Source of the DNA: Massalongia carnosa
Lineage: Eukaryota
DNA length: 64,000 nt
Direction: 5' to 3'
Assembly (NCBI GenBank): GCA_965645245.1
Contig: OZ287079.1
Span: forward strand, 372,001 to 436,000
Positions 12,884-24,282 of this stretch are shown piece after piece; position 1 is the first letter of the stretch, and each line of letters starts with the position of its first letter. A model generated the notes under the pieces. That model did not search any database and was not told where the DNA came from. It saw nothing but the letters and a program-made list of their open reading frames with translations. The position numbers and the translations under genes are program-made.

Positions 12884-12903
12884 ACGCGGCGGGGGTAGAT
12901 GAG

Positions 12904-15900
12904 TTGGTTATCACATCTTTCTTTATGGAGGATGATTTATTCGATGACCATCCAGTAATGGAAGATTGTATCGTAGGAAATAAATTTAATACGAGAGCGA
13001 TGATTGATACTGGATCTACTGGTTATTGTTTTGTTGATAGACTAACTGCGCAGGAAATATGTGAAAAGGCTAATATCTCACCGGTGACGTTAAATAGACG
13101 GAAAGAGATAAAGGCATATGATGGAAGAAAAGGCAAGCCTATTACCCAGGCCATTTATCCATCTCTGAAAATTGGAAATCATACCGAGAGCTCAACACCA
13201 ATGTTGATCACCGAGCTGGGCCAACAAACGATTATTCTTGGCAAGCCTTGGATGCGAAAACATGGTGTTAGCTATCATGGGCATACGAATTCGATTTCTT
13301 TTCGTCCCGATCATTGCAATCATCTAGGTGCCCCTGAAAGGCCTTTCCCATCGTCGCCAATCAGGAGAGAAGAACCGGGCTCAACAAAGGACACCACGCC
13401 TATATTCCAACCAAAGAAGATATTGAAAAGAGACGAACCCGATGAAAAGAATCATAGCAACTCGAACCCGATTTCAGTTCGAAGATCAAGAAAGGAAGAT
13501 ATCTTGAAGCAAAAGTCTTGGAGAAAAGACGCCGAGAGCGAAGAAGCCCTGGATATAGCGATGATAGGTGCAGACCCATTTAATGTATTAACGAAACAAA
13601 AGGATGTCGAGATATTTGCAGTCTCGCTGAGAGATATCAACTTTGAACTAGCCAAGGGAGAAAAGCCAATCACCGATCCTAAGACCATAGTCCCCCCCGA
13701 GTATCACGATTTTCTTGATGTTTTCTCTAAGGAAAAAGCTGATGAACTGCCCCCTCATAGAAAGCATGACCATACCATCGAATTGCTAGAAGGTAAAGGA
13801 CCCGGGCATGCCCCGCTATATAATATGTCAGAGGGAGAACTCCTACTGGTCAAGAGATATTTGGAAGAAAATCTGAAGAAAGGATTTATTACAGCCAGCT
13901 CGGCCCCTTTTGCCTCGCCGATACTATTCGCCAAGAAACCGAGTGGAGGACTTCGGTTCTGCGTCGATTATCGAAAGCTAAACGAAATCACCAAAAAAAA
14001 TCGATATCCCCTACCTCTGATATCTGAGATAATGTCTCGATTGGCCAGGGCTAGATTTTTGACAAGAATAGATATTCGACATGCCTTTAACCGACTTAGG
14101 ATGAAAACCGAAAAGGACGAAGATCTCACAACCTTCCGCACGCGATTTGGGTCATATAAATCTCTAGTATTACCCTTCGGACTGACCAACGGCCCTGCTA
14201 CGTTTCAGAACTTCATCAACGATACCTTCTTAGAATATCTAGACGAATTCCTAATAGCCTATCTGGACGATCTCTTGGTTTATAGTGAAACCATGACTGA
14301 CCACCGAAAACATGTTCGAAAAGTTCTACAAAAGCTTCGAGAAGCTGGTATTCAGGCTGATGTGGATAAATGCGAATTCCATGTGACCGAAACAAAGTTC
14401 CTAGGAGTGGTAGTCGGGCGGAATGGGATCAAGATGGACCCTACCAAAATTGAGGCAGTCGTCGAATGGGCCATCCCTAGGCATCTTAAACAGGTGCAGG
14501 CCTTTCTAGGATTTATCAACTTTTATAGACGTTTTATCAAAGACTTCTCCAAAATAGCCAAACCCTTCGTACATCTAACTCGAAAAGACGAACCATTCAA
14601 TTGGACCCCAGCCTGCCAAGCAGCTTTTTCCGAATTGAAAAGACGGGTGACCGAGGCCCCGGTCCTCGCGCATTTCAGCCCAAGCCGAGAATCGTTCGTG
14701 GAATCGGATTCATCTGATTATGTGTCAGCCGGAGTATTATCGCAAAGAGGTGAAGATGGACTTATCAGACCAGTAGCCTTCTTTTCAAAGAGCCTGTTGC
14801 CAGCCGAATGCAATTATGAAATATACGATAAAGAATTGCTTGCAATAAGCAAATGTTTCGAACAATGGAGGCCTGAGCTGCAATCCACCGAGCTCCCAAT
14901 CAAAGTATTGACCGACCACAAAAGCTTGGAATATTTCATGACAACCAAAAAGCTAAATAGGCGACAGGCCAGATGGGCTGAATTTCTGGCCGATTTCAAT
15001 TTTGTCATCACATACCAAGCTGGAAAATTCCATACAAAGGCAGATGCACTAACTAGAAGACCAGGAGACAGGCCCGAATCAGAGGAAGATGACAGGCAAA
15101 GGCATCAACATCAGATAATCTTACCTCTCGAAAGCCTAGACCCTCAAATCCAAAAGGAAATGGGGTTTGAAATGAACGAGATCAACGCGGAAAAGTCGAA
15201 AGATCCGCTCGAGAATAATGCCAAACTATTTGTCCCCGAAGAAAAGAGAATGAAGCTGATACAGGAAGTTCACGATCAACCAGCCGTTGGCCATCCGGGA
15301 ATAAAGCGGACCTACGAGATGATGAAGAAATTCTTTTTTTGGCCAAAGATGAAAGGGACCATAGAACAATACATTCGAAATTGTCATACATGCAAAAGAG
15401 CAAAAGCTCCAAGGGACGGTTATTCCGGACTATTAAATCCGCTACCTATACCAGACCGGCCCTGGACAGATATATCAATGGATTTCGTAACTGGCCTACC
15501 TGAAAGCAAAGGTCATAATGCAATATTTAATGGTAGTAGACCGATTTTCCAAGATGCATCATTACATTCCATGCACCACGGACGAAGAAGGGACAACTGC
15601 CGAAGAGACGGCCCGAATGCTAATAAAACATGTATGGAAATTGCATGGCCTACCGACCACGATAATCTCAGATAGGGGACCTCAATTCGTATCGCTAGTA
15701 TGGAAATCGCTATGCGTAATGCTGGGAATAAAAGCCAAGTTATCAACCGCATTCCATCCCGAGACCGACGGTCAAAGCGAAATATCCAATCAAGAAATGG
15801 AGCGATATCTGAGAACCTATGTCAATTATCAGCAAGATGACTGGACAGAGTGGCTATCGATGGCCGAGTTCGCATCAAATGCCTGTGTCTCAGCTTCAAG

Positions 15901-16567
15901 TGGATTATCTCCATTTCAGGTCAACTATGGGTTTGAACCGAGGATGAGCTTCTATCCGATTGACGCATCTACCGGATCGGCCAGAGAAAGAATATTGAAA
16001 ACTCGAGCAAAAAATATCGGCCAAGCAATGGAGAAAATCTGGGAATTCGGAAAAGAAAACCTAGTACGAAGCCAAGAAAGTCAGAAGAGATTCGCGGACA
16101 ATCATCGGGAGGAGGCACCAACCTATAAAGAAGGAGATGAAGTTTGGCTATCAACCAAAAATATCAAAACGGAAAGGCCTTCGAAAAAGCTAGATCATAA
16201 GATGATCGGACCGTACAAGATATTAAAAGCTTTGGGGAATAGCTATAAGTTAGATCTTCCAGCATCGATGAAAATACACGATGTTTTCCATTCATCATTA
16301 CTCCGACCAGCAAGTAAAGACCCATTGCCCGGACAAATACCCCCGCCTCCACCACCGGTAATTATTGACAACGAGGAAGAATTTGAAATTGATGATATTT
16401 TGGATTCAAGAACTTTCAACAAGAAGCTACAATACAAGGTAAAATGGAGCAATTACCCAGCGGATAACACATGGTATCCGGCCGAAGATTTTGCGAATTC
16501 AAAAGAAACTGTGGAAGAATATCATCGGAAATATCCAAAGAAGCCGCGACCGAAGCTAATCACATGA
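12904..16567 (+). pseudogene. Gypsy-A pol (PR-RT-RH-INT-chromodomain) with a frameshift near 15525
   Basis: [29 protein letters not shown] finger, ISDRG/ETDGQSE, GPY motif, chromodomain FEIDDILD..YKVKW..TW. Confidence 0.92.
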
Positions 16568-17323
16568 CAGCGATCAGGAGCTCGCTAACCAAGAGGGGGG
16601 GTAGTGTCAGGACTCGGGTGTGGGAGCGCTAAATCCAACGGCTCTTTCCGACCGAAGCTTCGGAGATAAGCTTCTAGAGCCGGATGGAAACTTCGAGAAG
16701 AAGGGCAAACGGGCATATAGATTTCACATTCTTCTTTGTAGATAGATTTCTCTTCTTCATGCTTAGTCTCTTAGGTAGCTGACTACTATTCGTCTTCCCT
16801 GGATAGTGGTTCTTACAGCTAAAGGCGCAAAACGACCCAGATAACTTCAAGCGGTTTCGAGCAAGAGATCATTATTCCGGACGTACTAGTCACGGATGCA
16901 GTTTTTAACTCTATGCTTACCCGACGTCTGCTATGGGCCTTTCCCTCTATCAGCCTTATATGCAAGGCTAGTTCTTTATTCTCCGACGATGATGTCCGAA
17001 TAAATTCGCCATGCGCAACGCCTCGACGTGGGATAAGATAGGAAACGTAAATTTAACGTGAAGGGTACATCAAGGGAGTCCTTACTGCATGACAGTGATA
17101 CAATGTGTCATAAATTTTTCCACTCACGCATCTAGGAATATGTCTCGCTACAGGTATCTATCTAACTGTTCGGAGTTTCCGATTAGTCTCTTTGATGCCC
17201 CGCGAGAAGGCATCTCTTATCTCGCTCTGTTTCAGCTTCAATTGTCTGATAAAGTCGCTTCTGAGATCCAAATATCCTGCTGGGAATTGCAGTGGCCGGA
17301 CACATTTGTTCACACCGTTCATC

Positions 17324-17815
17324 ATGTTTATTTTCATATTCCTTTACGTCTGCTGTCTCGTCAACTCTCTACCGCAGAATATCAACGACATCTCCAGTCC
17401 AACAGCCCTCGATCTGACCTCTGCTCCTATCACGGACGACCCAATCAGTCTAGCAGTGCCCGCCTGTCGTCGAGCTTTCCCGACATCATCGACCAAAACC
17501 TCCAAACTGGCGTTTGACGACCGCCTGCCGCCTCCCGGGTATCTGGATTGTCCGCCCGGGAAACACCATCACTGCTGCCGAAAGGGAAATTTCAAGATGT
17601 GCGCAAAATGGGACGAGACCGACGAGTGGTGCAGCGACGAGTCATGGATTTACTGCTGTAGAGAGGTCAGAGGCACACTCGGCTTTGAATGCGAGCAAAG
17701 TCACCAGCTTTTTCCGCTCCCCGAAGCACCAGACTGGATTGATGATCTCTTTAACTTTTTCGAACCGCCGGCACAGAACTCTTGCCCCAGCGATAACCTC
17801 AGTCCGGAATCCTGA
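17324..17815 (+). CDS. Small secreted cysteine-rich protein (163 aa), effector-like
   Basis: Hydrophobic N-terminus MFIFIFLYVCCLVNSLPQ; Cys pattern CPPGKHHHCC..C..WC..YCC..C. Confidence 0.7.
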   Translation: MFIFIFLYVCCLVNSLPQNINDISSPTALDLTSAPITDDPISLAVPACRRAFPTSSTKTSKLAFDDRLPPPGYLDCPPGKHHHCCRKGNFKMCAKWDETDEWCSDESWIYCCREVRGTLGFECEQSHQLFPLPEAPDWIDDLFNFFEPPAQNSCPSDNLSPES

Positions 17816-20169
17816 TGGTTTTTTTTTGGAAAGATCGTGGTGTCATCAATAATTGACGAGACTGTTGAGAATCATGATTTATTTTGAATGCCTTAAGGGG
17901 GTCGTTGATGGACTGAAACTCTGAAAGCATATGGATAAATGCTACGAAAGGCGGTTCTTGATTTTAGGGTTAAAAAATATTGTAGCGGACTGCAAAATTA
18001 TATATAAGCAAATCTATTCTTGAACATGAAATGCGTCTCGCTGCAGACAGGCCCTGGTTGAAATACTTGGGCGGCTGGCACTCAGAGGCCTCGTCCCTCG
18101 TCTGCTGATGGAGCCTTGTTGGGCTGTTTGATGGGACTTGAGCGTTTAGCTCAGGAGCATCAGACAATGACTATAGATGTTGGAATACTCGCTTAGCCCT
18201 GTAGGCTCCGACTGTATAAGCAGGAGCATTGGGCTAGAGCGGGACGGTGGGGCTTGTGGCGCGGCGGCAAGTCGTCACAGTGGTCTAGAGTTACGAAGGG
18301 TATCGAGGAGAAATGATGCTCTTGAAGCGGACTGCGCCACAATTGTGGCCGTCATGGAACGCGAGGGCATCTTCCAGGAGAGGCAGTATAAATGGTCATG
18401 TAAAGAAGCTGCGTGAGGTTATGTAACTAGGCTGTGTGAAAATTATTGGCTAGATACAATCTACCCAGGTACCTACGTGCACGTGAGTTGAGTAAATTAT
18501 ACGGAAGAAAACTTAGAGTTCCACTTTCAAGGTTCATACTTAACATGTCGATCAACATTGCTGAAGCCTTTAAAGTACAGAGCAACACGAATGCCTCGAC
18601 GAGAACCGCGAAATCGTTTCATTCGGCGACGAATGCAAAGCTGTAGAAGCTTCGAGCTGATCAAATTACAACTTCCAATGCACCTACCCATCAGGCTGGG
18701 GCCCATCGGACAAAGGCCCTGAATTTTAGGATCAAATGGACATCAATGTGGTCGTTCATGGCGGATCGGTGAAGTAAGAGCATTACCTTCTCGTTTTCAG
18801 CTTTCTCTCGTCGTCGTTTTATAATTCGGACACGCGAGTTACTACTAATAACTGTTCTTGACGCAGACCAACCGAAACGTTATGGGATAGAGCGTTGAAG
18901 AATCTCAGTGACGAAGATAGGCAAATCGTCAAGCCAGAAAACAATGACATGCTTTCCACACTAAAGGACCTGCTCGAGGCCGTTAATCGGAAGCGGTTGG
19001 TCTGTCTGGAGAAAAGATGGAAATATAAGAAAAGCAATGGAGAAGTGCTCATACTTCGTGATCTCTTGGAAAAGCTAGGGGTTTGGGTCAACAAATTCAA
19101 AGAGGTCGGTGATGTTGCAACACAGTATGATCCAGTCCACGCGGCTCTCCCCTGGGCTTGTATGCGTTTCTTGCTACAGGTAAGTCAACCGAATTTCTCT
19201 ACGAAAGACTGTCGAAGTGATAAAAGCAGTTGAGTATCAATGACTGTCAGACATTCGGTTCGATGCTTGAAGGAATCGAATATGTTTCCAACTTAGTTCC
19301 GCGCTGTGTTATACTCGAGCTTCTTTATCTAAAGCCTAGTTCTGCAACAACAGCTGCAACAAAAGATCAACTCACAAGGACTCTCCTCCGGCTGTACACA
19401 GCAGTGTTGCAATATCTTTCTCAAGCCAGTCGCTACTATGCTCGTGGCACCATCAGTGTGTTATACGCTTTGATAATCTTGACGTTTTGAACAAACTGAT
19501 AGGTTCTAATAGAGCGGATATTGATCAGTACTGTACAGCCTTCTTAGTTAAGCGTTGATAAATATCTCAGCAGAATATCAGCGGAGGAAAAACATGTTCA
19601 AGACTGTGCACAGCTCGTGGATACTGAATGTAAGTCTTTTGTAGAAATACCTACCTTGACCGAACCCTACTAATAGCATTTGCAGATAGTCAAATATTAT
19701 GTGATAAAGTACAGAATGTTCATTGCAGCGTAGATCAACTAACTGTCGGTGAGTAACACATATTCTGATAGAGTTATTGCTTGATGAGTTCAAGTTTCTG
19801 ATGTACATATTTGTAGAACATCAGAGTATGAATCTTGAAATGAAAACTATACATCAAAGTATTCAAACTCTTACAATCGGTCCGGCACAATCTCGGGAAC
19901 AGATTTGTGCAAGGTGAAAACTGACATTCTATGACCCTTATCGGTGCCGTTACCTTCGCTTGCGCTGGGGGGGCTTTTAATTGGATGAATTGATTTGAAT
20001 GCTTGAATTTGATTGGGCATGGGAACGACACAGGTCAGCCCGGGCAGGCCTAGGCACGTGACTCGGGGTCGGTGCTGAGGTGAGAACCTCATCTTCTAGG
20101 CCCGAGGCGTCTGCTGACGCTCAACGATCCGATAGATGATGCCCGACGGCAGTGCCCGACGGCGATGAT

Positions 20170-21333
20170 CTAGATGGAGGTGCCCGGCGGCGCTCCGGAT
20201 CGATGCCCTGGTTGACCTGTACGCCCAATGGAATGCCCAATTGAGTAGGGGTAGGAGTTTGTAGGATTCGTCTCGGCGACGACAGCACGTGGGACTGCTA
20301 GAGGGATGCCTTTTTGAAAACTGAGGTTCAAATTGAATAGTGAGGCCTGGGACGTCTGAAAGTATAGCTGAAACGCGTTTGATGACCATCTTCCGAGTCT
20401 CTGAATACTCTCATCCAGCATCCCGTGGTCGGCGGCGTGTTGTGCTGCTCCTTTTCTGAAGCTGTGTCCCGAGTATGCCGAGTCGTTGATGCCGACGGCT
20501 ATCAGTCTCTTTTTCAGGGATGCTATGACGGAGGCTCTGGTGAATGCGGTGCCGAGACGAAAAAGCGGGGATGTAGATGGCTGAGGATCATTTCTGAAAA
20601 GACGCCGTAGTGCTGTCACGGGGCAAGTGCTCTCATTGGTCGCTGCCAGCACTATCTGAACTCCTGAGTGATTTGTGTCTGTTTTGCTTCTTTTGAGACG
20701 TAATGTCGCGTATTGATCGTTCTCGGCGAATGAGATGTCACCTCGTGTAGGTTTCAATCTCTGAAAAGATGTCTTCTTACGATCAGCGACAGTGTAGGTG
20801 ATTTCCCCGAGTCTGAGGAACCCTGCCCATGCAACTTTGAATGTCGCGTCGATGTTGAGGTCTTCGGCCGAATGAGCGGGAATACTGGTGATTTTTGTCA
20901 GTAATTCTTTTGAAATGGGTAGGCGTCTTCTTTTTGTCTGAGAAAAGATCCTTTTTCCCCCTTTCAGCATCAATTGAAGTCTCGGCCCCTCGAATGGGGT
21001 GAGGCCGTATCCTCGGTCTACATGGTATGATCTGAGGCCGGCGAGGTAGCTCGCTGCCGTCTCTGGTTTTATCTTTCCCTGCTTGGGTGTGCCGCCCCCG
21101 TATAGTCGACCGGCTAGCCATTCCTCGAGGGACTCGGTTGTTGCAGGCCACGACGTGCGTCCCGTCGTCGCGCAGAATGCCTCGTATGAGTCGATCGCCG
21201 TCCCGTACCCTTTTCTCGTGTCCGCCGAGTGTCCGTGCCAGACGAGACGTTTTACCAGGGCTGACCCTGGTGTGGAGGATAGGTAGGTGGAGGGAGGTTC
21301 ATCGAATTGTATGGGTTCTGCCAATGAGGGCAA
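20170..21333 (-). CDS. Tyrosine recombinase of the YR retrotransposon
   Basis: Catalytic set FLRLGE (R), SKTD (K), GHSFRKG (HxxR), GRW..Y; overlaps the RT ORF by 82 nt. Confidence 0.93.
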   Translation of the reverse strand: MPSLAEPIQFDEPPSTYLSSTPGSALVKRLVWHGHSADTRKGYGTAIDSYEAFCATTGRTSWPATTESLEEWLAGRLYGGGTPKQGKIKPETAASYLAGLRSYHVDRGYGLTPFEGPRLQLMLKGGKRIFSQTKRRRLPISKELLTKITSIPAHSAEDLNIDATFKVAWAGFLRLGEITYTVADRKKTSFQRLKPTRGDISFAENDQYATLRLKRSKTDTNHSGVQIVLAATNESTCPVTALRRLFRNDPQPSTSPLFRLGTAFTRASVIASLKKRLIAVGINDSAYSGHSFRKGAAQHAADHGMLDESIQRLGRWSSNAFQLYFQTSQASLFNLNLSFQKGIPLAVPRAVVAETNPTNSYPYSIGHSIGRTGQPGHRSGAPPGTSI

Positions 21334-22955
21334 AAGTTAGCCAATCTTTCATCATCAAAACGTGACAGGGCATCTGCTAGTCCATTGGAAGTGCCACTGA
21401 TCCATTGACAACGTAGTACGATGTCCCACTTTGCAGCTATGGACAGTATTTCTCGTAGAGGCGCGTTGGCCGGTCCCTTGAGGGTTAGATTCGTGAATCC
21501 TGTGTATGCTGTGTTGCTGTCGGTAAAGACAAGGATCTGTCGATGTCGCCATGTCGGCGCCCATTTCTGAAGGATTAGAAGGATAGCTTCGACTTCTCGG
21601 ACGTTTATGCTCGGTGATCCTTCCTGATTGAGGACTAGGACTCGGGCCCTACATGCGTTTTTTTGATTCACGAGCTCGTTGTCTTGTTGAAAATAGCCTC
21701 CGAGACCCGTGAGGCATGCATCCGTATGCACCTTGATCGTGTCTCGTGTTGACGTCTCGAAGAAGACAATACCGTTGAAGTCCACTAGAAGTTTGTTCCA
21801 CCAGATGAGATCCTGTCTGACCCATGTGGGAATTCTTCTTTTGACCCGACGATGACTGCCCGAGAGAAATGAGGCTATAAAATTCCAGAATAATCGTAAG
21901 AAGACTCGGCCCAATTTGACTGCCTGTGCGCAGAAGCTTAGGAAGCCCGCTATTGACTGCATGTCGCCGAGGCTGATTGTCGTCTCGTTTAGTGCCTTTG
22001 TAGTGATGATTCTCGCTTTTTCCAGCTTGTCCGCTGGCAGACGAATAAGACTGTTGATGGTGTCGACCTCGAGTCCGAAGACTGTCGCTGTCGTTCCCTC
22101 GGCGTCTTTTGAGTCGTTTCTCGGGATGCCAAGAATGTCGGTGAGAATGTTGTAGGCTTTTGTTTCTTGGTGCAATCGTTCTGACGATGTCTCGGATGGG
22201 AAAATTGCAACGAAGTCGTCTAGATAGTGATGTAATCTCCATTGTAGAAAGGATTCCAAAATCCAATGAAAGCCTTCCGCAAAAAGATTGAAGATGAACG
22301 GGGCCGTCGACAGTCCGAACGAAAGGCATGTCTCGGTGTAGAATTCGTCATTCCATCCGAAACCCAGAAGCCATTGATGATGAGGTGCGACGGGAACGTT
22401 TCGAAAGGCGTCTTTGACGTCTCTTTTCACTATGACAGCACCTTTGCCCTCTGACAGAATCAATTGAATAATGTCGTCGAGTCTGGCGTATTGTAATTTG
22501 GATGCCTCTTCTGGAATGTTGTCGTTGACTGATGTTTGATTGGGATGAGACAGATGATGAATGCGTCGCCATCCTCCGTCATGTTTCGGGACCAAGCCGA
22601 GGGGGGAGGCCACAAATGGCTGACTCGGGGCGGCTATTCGTCTGACTCGGCCCTTCCTGAGGTCCTCTTGGAGCTTATTCTCGATCGTTTCCGGGTCCTC
22701 ATTCGCTGATGTCAGATTTTTTTCGATCCGAAGGATGTCTGTGGGGCCTTCGTATCCGATTTGTACTCCGAAACGAAGGATCATGGGCAGATGGACTCGG
22801 AGGGGGCCCGGATACTCTTGAAGTAGAGTTGCCCATGCGGACGGTACGAGGGGAGATGGGCTGTCTTTCAAACGCTGACGAGATGCGTCTACGAGTTGAA
22901 ACGAAGGGATTGTATTTGGTCTGATTGGTGCAGGTAAGCAGGGATGGGACGTCAT
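21252..22955 (-). CDS. DIRS-type reverse transcriptase / RNase H
   Basis: DVKDAFRNVPV, LSFGLSTAPFIF, HYLDDF; RNase H VHTDAC, REVEA, FTDSN, ADALSR. Confidence 0.93.
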   Translation of the reverse strand: MTSHPCLPAPIRPNTIPSFQLVDASRQRLKDSPSPLVPSAWATLLQEYPGPLRVHLPMILRFGVQIGYEGPTDILRIEKNLTSANEDPETIENKLQEDLRKGRVRRIAAPSQPFVASPLGLVPKHDGGWRRIHHLSHPNQTSVNDNIPEEASKLQYARLDDIIQLILSEGKGAVIVKRDVKDAFRNVPVAPHHQWLLGFGWNDEFYTETCLSFGLSTAPFIFNLFAEGFHWILESFLQWRLHHYLDDFVAIFPSETSSERLHQETKAYNILTDILGIPRNDSKDAEGTTATVFGLEVDTINSLIRLPADKLEKARIITTKALNETTISLGDMQSIAGFLSFCAQAVKLGRVFLRLFWNFIASFLSGSHRRVKRRIPTWVRQDLIWWNKLLVDFNGIVFFETSTRDTIKVHTDACLTGLGGYFQQDNELVNQKNACRARVLVLNQEGSPSINVREVEAILLILQKWAPTWRHRQILVFTDSNTAYTGFTNLTLKGPANAPLREILSIAAKWDIVLRCQWISGTSNGLADALSRFDDERLANFCPHWQNPYNSMNLPPPTYPPHQGQPW

Positions 22956-23000
22956 GAATTCAGCTATTGAAGCTATTCTACTGCCTCCTGCACCAACCCC

Positions 23001-24056
23001 CTATTTCTTCGTTGGGCATGTCTTCTGGCCATGCCCAGCCGCGCCGCACGATTTACATTTGTGCTGTCGGTAGCACGACGGCCAGGTGCAGGTGCCGCTG
23101 TTGTACTTGTCGCAGATTTCCCCCGCTGCCTTCTCGGCCCTATCGGCCCTGTCTCCTCTCGGGGTCGGTCGCCGGGACGGCGGGGATCGTGAGCGGCGAC
23201 GGCGTAGGACTGTGAGGGGGGTGCAGAATCGAGCTTGGAATTCGTCGGGCATTTTCCATTGGGATGCGTCGGATGGCTGAGACGCGATGATGTGAGTGTG
23301 GGTTTCGATGGCGAGGGGGAGGACTGCTTCCTGCCACTCGTACACCTTGGCCAGCGTGAGGATTTTTCCGTGGAATGCCGACATGGTGGCGTGAAGCTGT
23401 TGACTCGATTTCCCGAAAAGACTGACCATGATCGAGGTGTAGTTGATGAAGCTCTCGGTCCAGACGTCATGAACTGTCTTTCCGAAATCTTTGTAGGTCC
23501 CGGATGCCTTTCTCAACCTCAAGGCGCCGTCTTCGATGCCGATGCGGTCCTGATCCTTGTAGGACTCGTATTGCATGCCGTGCATGTGTCGGAGGCGGGA
23601 GAGGTTGATGGCTTTGAATTTATTTGAAAAGATCTTGATGATCTCGTCCTGTGGTAGGCCCGCGAAACGGGGTGCTATACTTCTTACTTCGAGAGGGATC
23701 TCACCTAGGTCCTCGTCGTCATCGCCGACGACACGACTCGGCTTGCCAGCAGGAATGACGGCCGCTATTCGGGCGTCAGATTCTCGGCGCATGCAGTCGA
23801 TTTCTAGCTGCATTTTTTCCACCTCCTTCTCGGCGACCAATGCCTTGGACTCGGCAATTCTGGCCTCAGCCTCGGCCGCCTTCGCTTCTGCCTCGGCTTT
23901 CTTCTTTTGTAGGGCGAAGATTTGATTGGACTGGGCCTGCGTCAATCCGACAATCTCCTGGGAGTCGGGGACTATGTCGTCCATCGGGGTGCTTTGGGAA
24001 CGGGTGTTCGTCATTGGGAAAAAGCACCGACAGCGAGGTAGGGGCACCGAGGACAA
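23001..24056 (-). CDS. gag-like ORF1 of the YR retrotransposon (ATG probably at 24014)
   Basis: Coiled coil followed by a C-terminal zinc finger CDKYNSGTCTWPSCYRQHKCKSCGAAGHGQKTC; located upstream of RT. Confidence 0.85.
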   Translation of the reverse strand: MSSVPLPRCRCFFPMTNTRSQSTPMDDIVPDSQEIVGLTQAQSNQIFALQKKKAEAEAKAAEAEARIAESKALVAEKEVEKMQLEIDCMRRESDARIAAVIPAGKPSRVVGDDDEDLGEIPLEVRSIAPRFAGLPQDEIIKIFSNKFKAINLSRLRHMHGMQYESYKDQDRIGIEDGALRLRKASGTYKDFGKTVHDVWTESFINYTSIMVSLFGKSSQQLHATMSAFHGKILTLAKVYEWQEAVLPLAIETHTHIIASQPSDASQWKMPDEFQARFCTPLTVLRRRRSRSPPSRRPTPRGDRADRAEKAAGEICDKYNSGTCTWPSCYRQHKCKSCGAAGHGQKTCPTKK

Positions 24057-24160
24057 CGTGAGGTCGACGACGAGTCAGTGAGATGGGAAAAGCAGCAAGC
24101 ACTGACAGCGAGGTAGGGGCACCGAGACAACGTGGGGTCGACGACGAGTCAGTGAGATGG
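24015..24160. repeat. Two tandem ~70-75-bp copies in the leader of the YR element
   Basis: GACAGCGAGGTAGGGGCACCGA...GTCGACGACGAGTCAGTGAGATGG occurs twice. Confidence 0.85.
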
Positions 24161-24282
24161 ATGAGGCCGAGTGAGAAGAAGTGGATGAGGAAAGAATTTT
24201 CAGAGGGTGATTCTTAATTTACTTTGACTCAGGGGCCTCACGTGACATCAGATTTGTGCAAGGTGAAAACTGACATTATATA

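Larger units (their letters stand above)
6645..16817 (+). mobile_element. Ty3/gypsy chromovirus (Gypsy-A) with its 5' LTR split by nested insertions
   Basis: 5' LTR in two pieces, 6645-6658 and 11117-11320; 3' LTR 16605-16817 (213 bp, TG..CA); 5-bp TSD GCTAA at 6640-6644 and 16818-16822; PPT AAGAGGGGGGGTAG before the 3' LTR. Confidence 0.95.
19929..24248 (-). mobile_element. Tyrosine-recombinase (DIRS/Ngaro-type) retrotransposon, all three ORFs open
   Basis: gag, RT/RNase H and YR ORFs in series; bounded by a perfect 29-bp direct repeat at 19900-19928 and 24249-24277. Confidence 0.9.

Noticed and set aside
19929..20170. Hammerhead ribozyme or Ngaro B repeats in the YR element 3' region
   Set aside because: No CTGATGA..GAAA core with matching stems, and no second repeat found by eye
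20170..21333. Starship captain, Crypton or phage integrase
   Set aside because: The short YR overlaps a DIRS-type RT/RH ORF and follows a gag ORF, which is retrotransposon architecture
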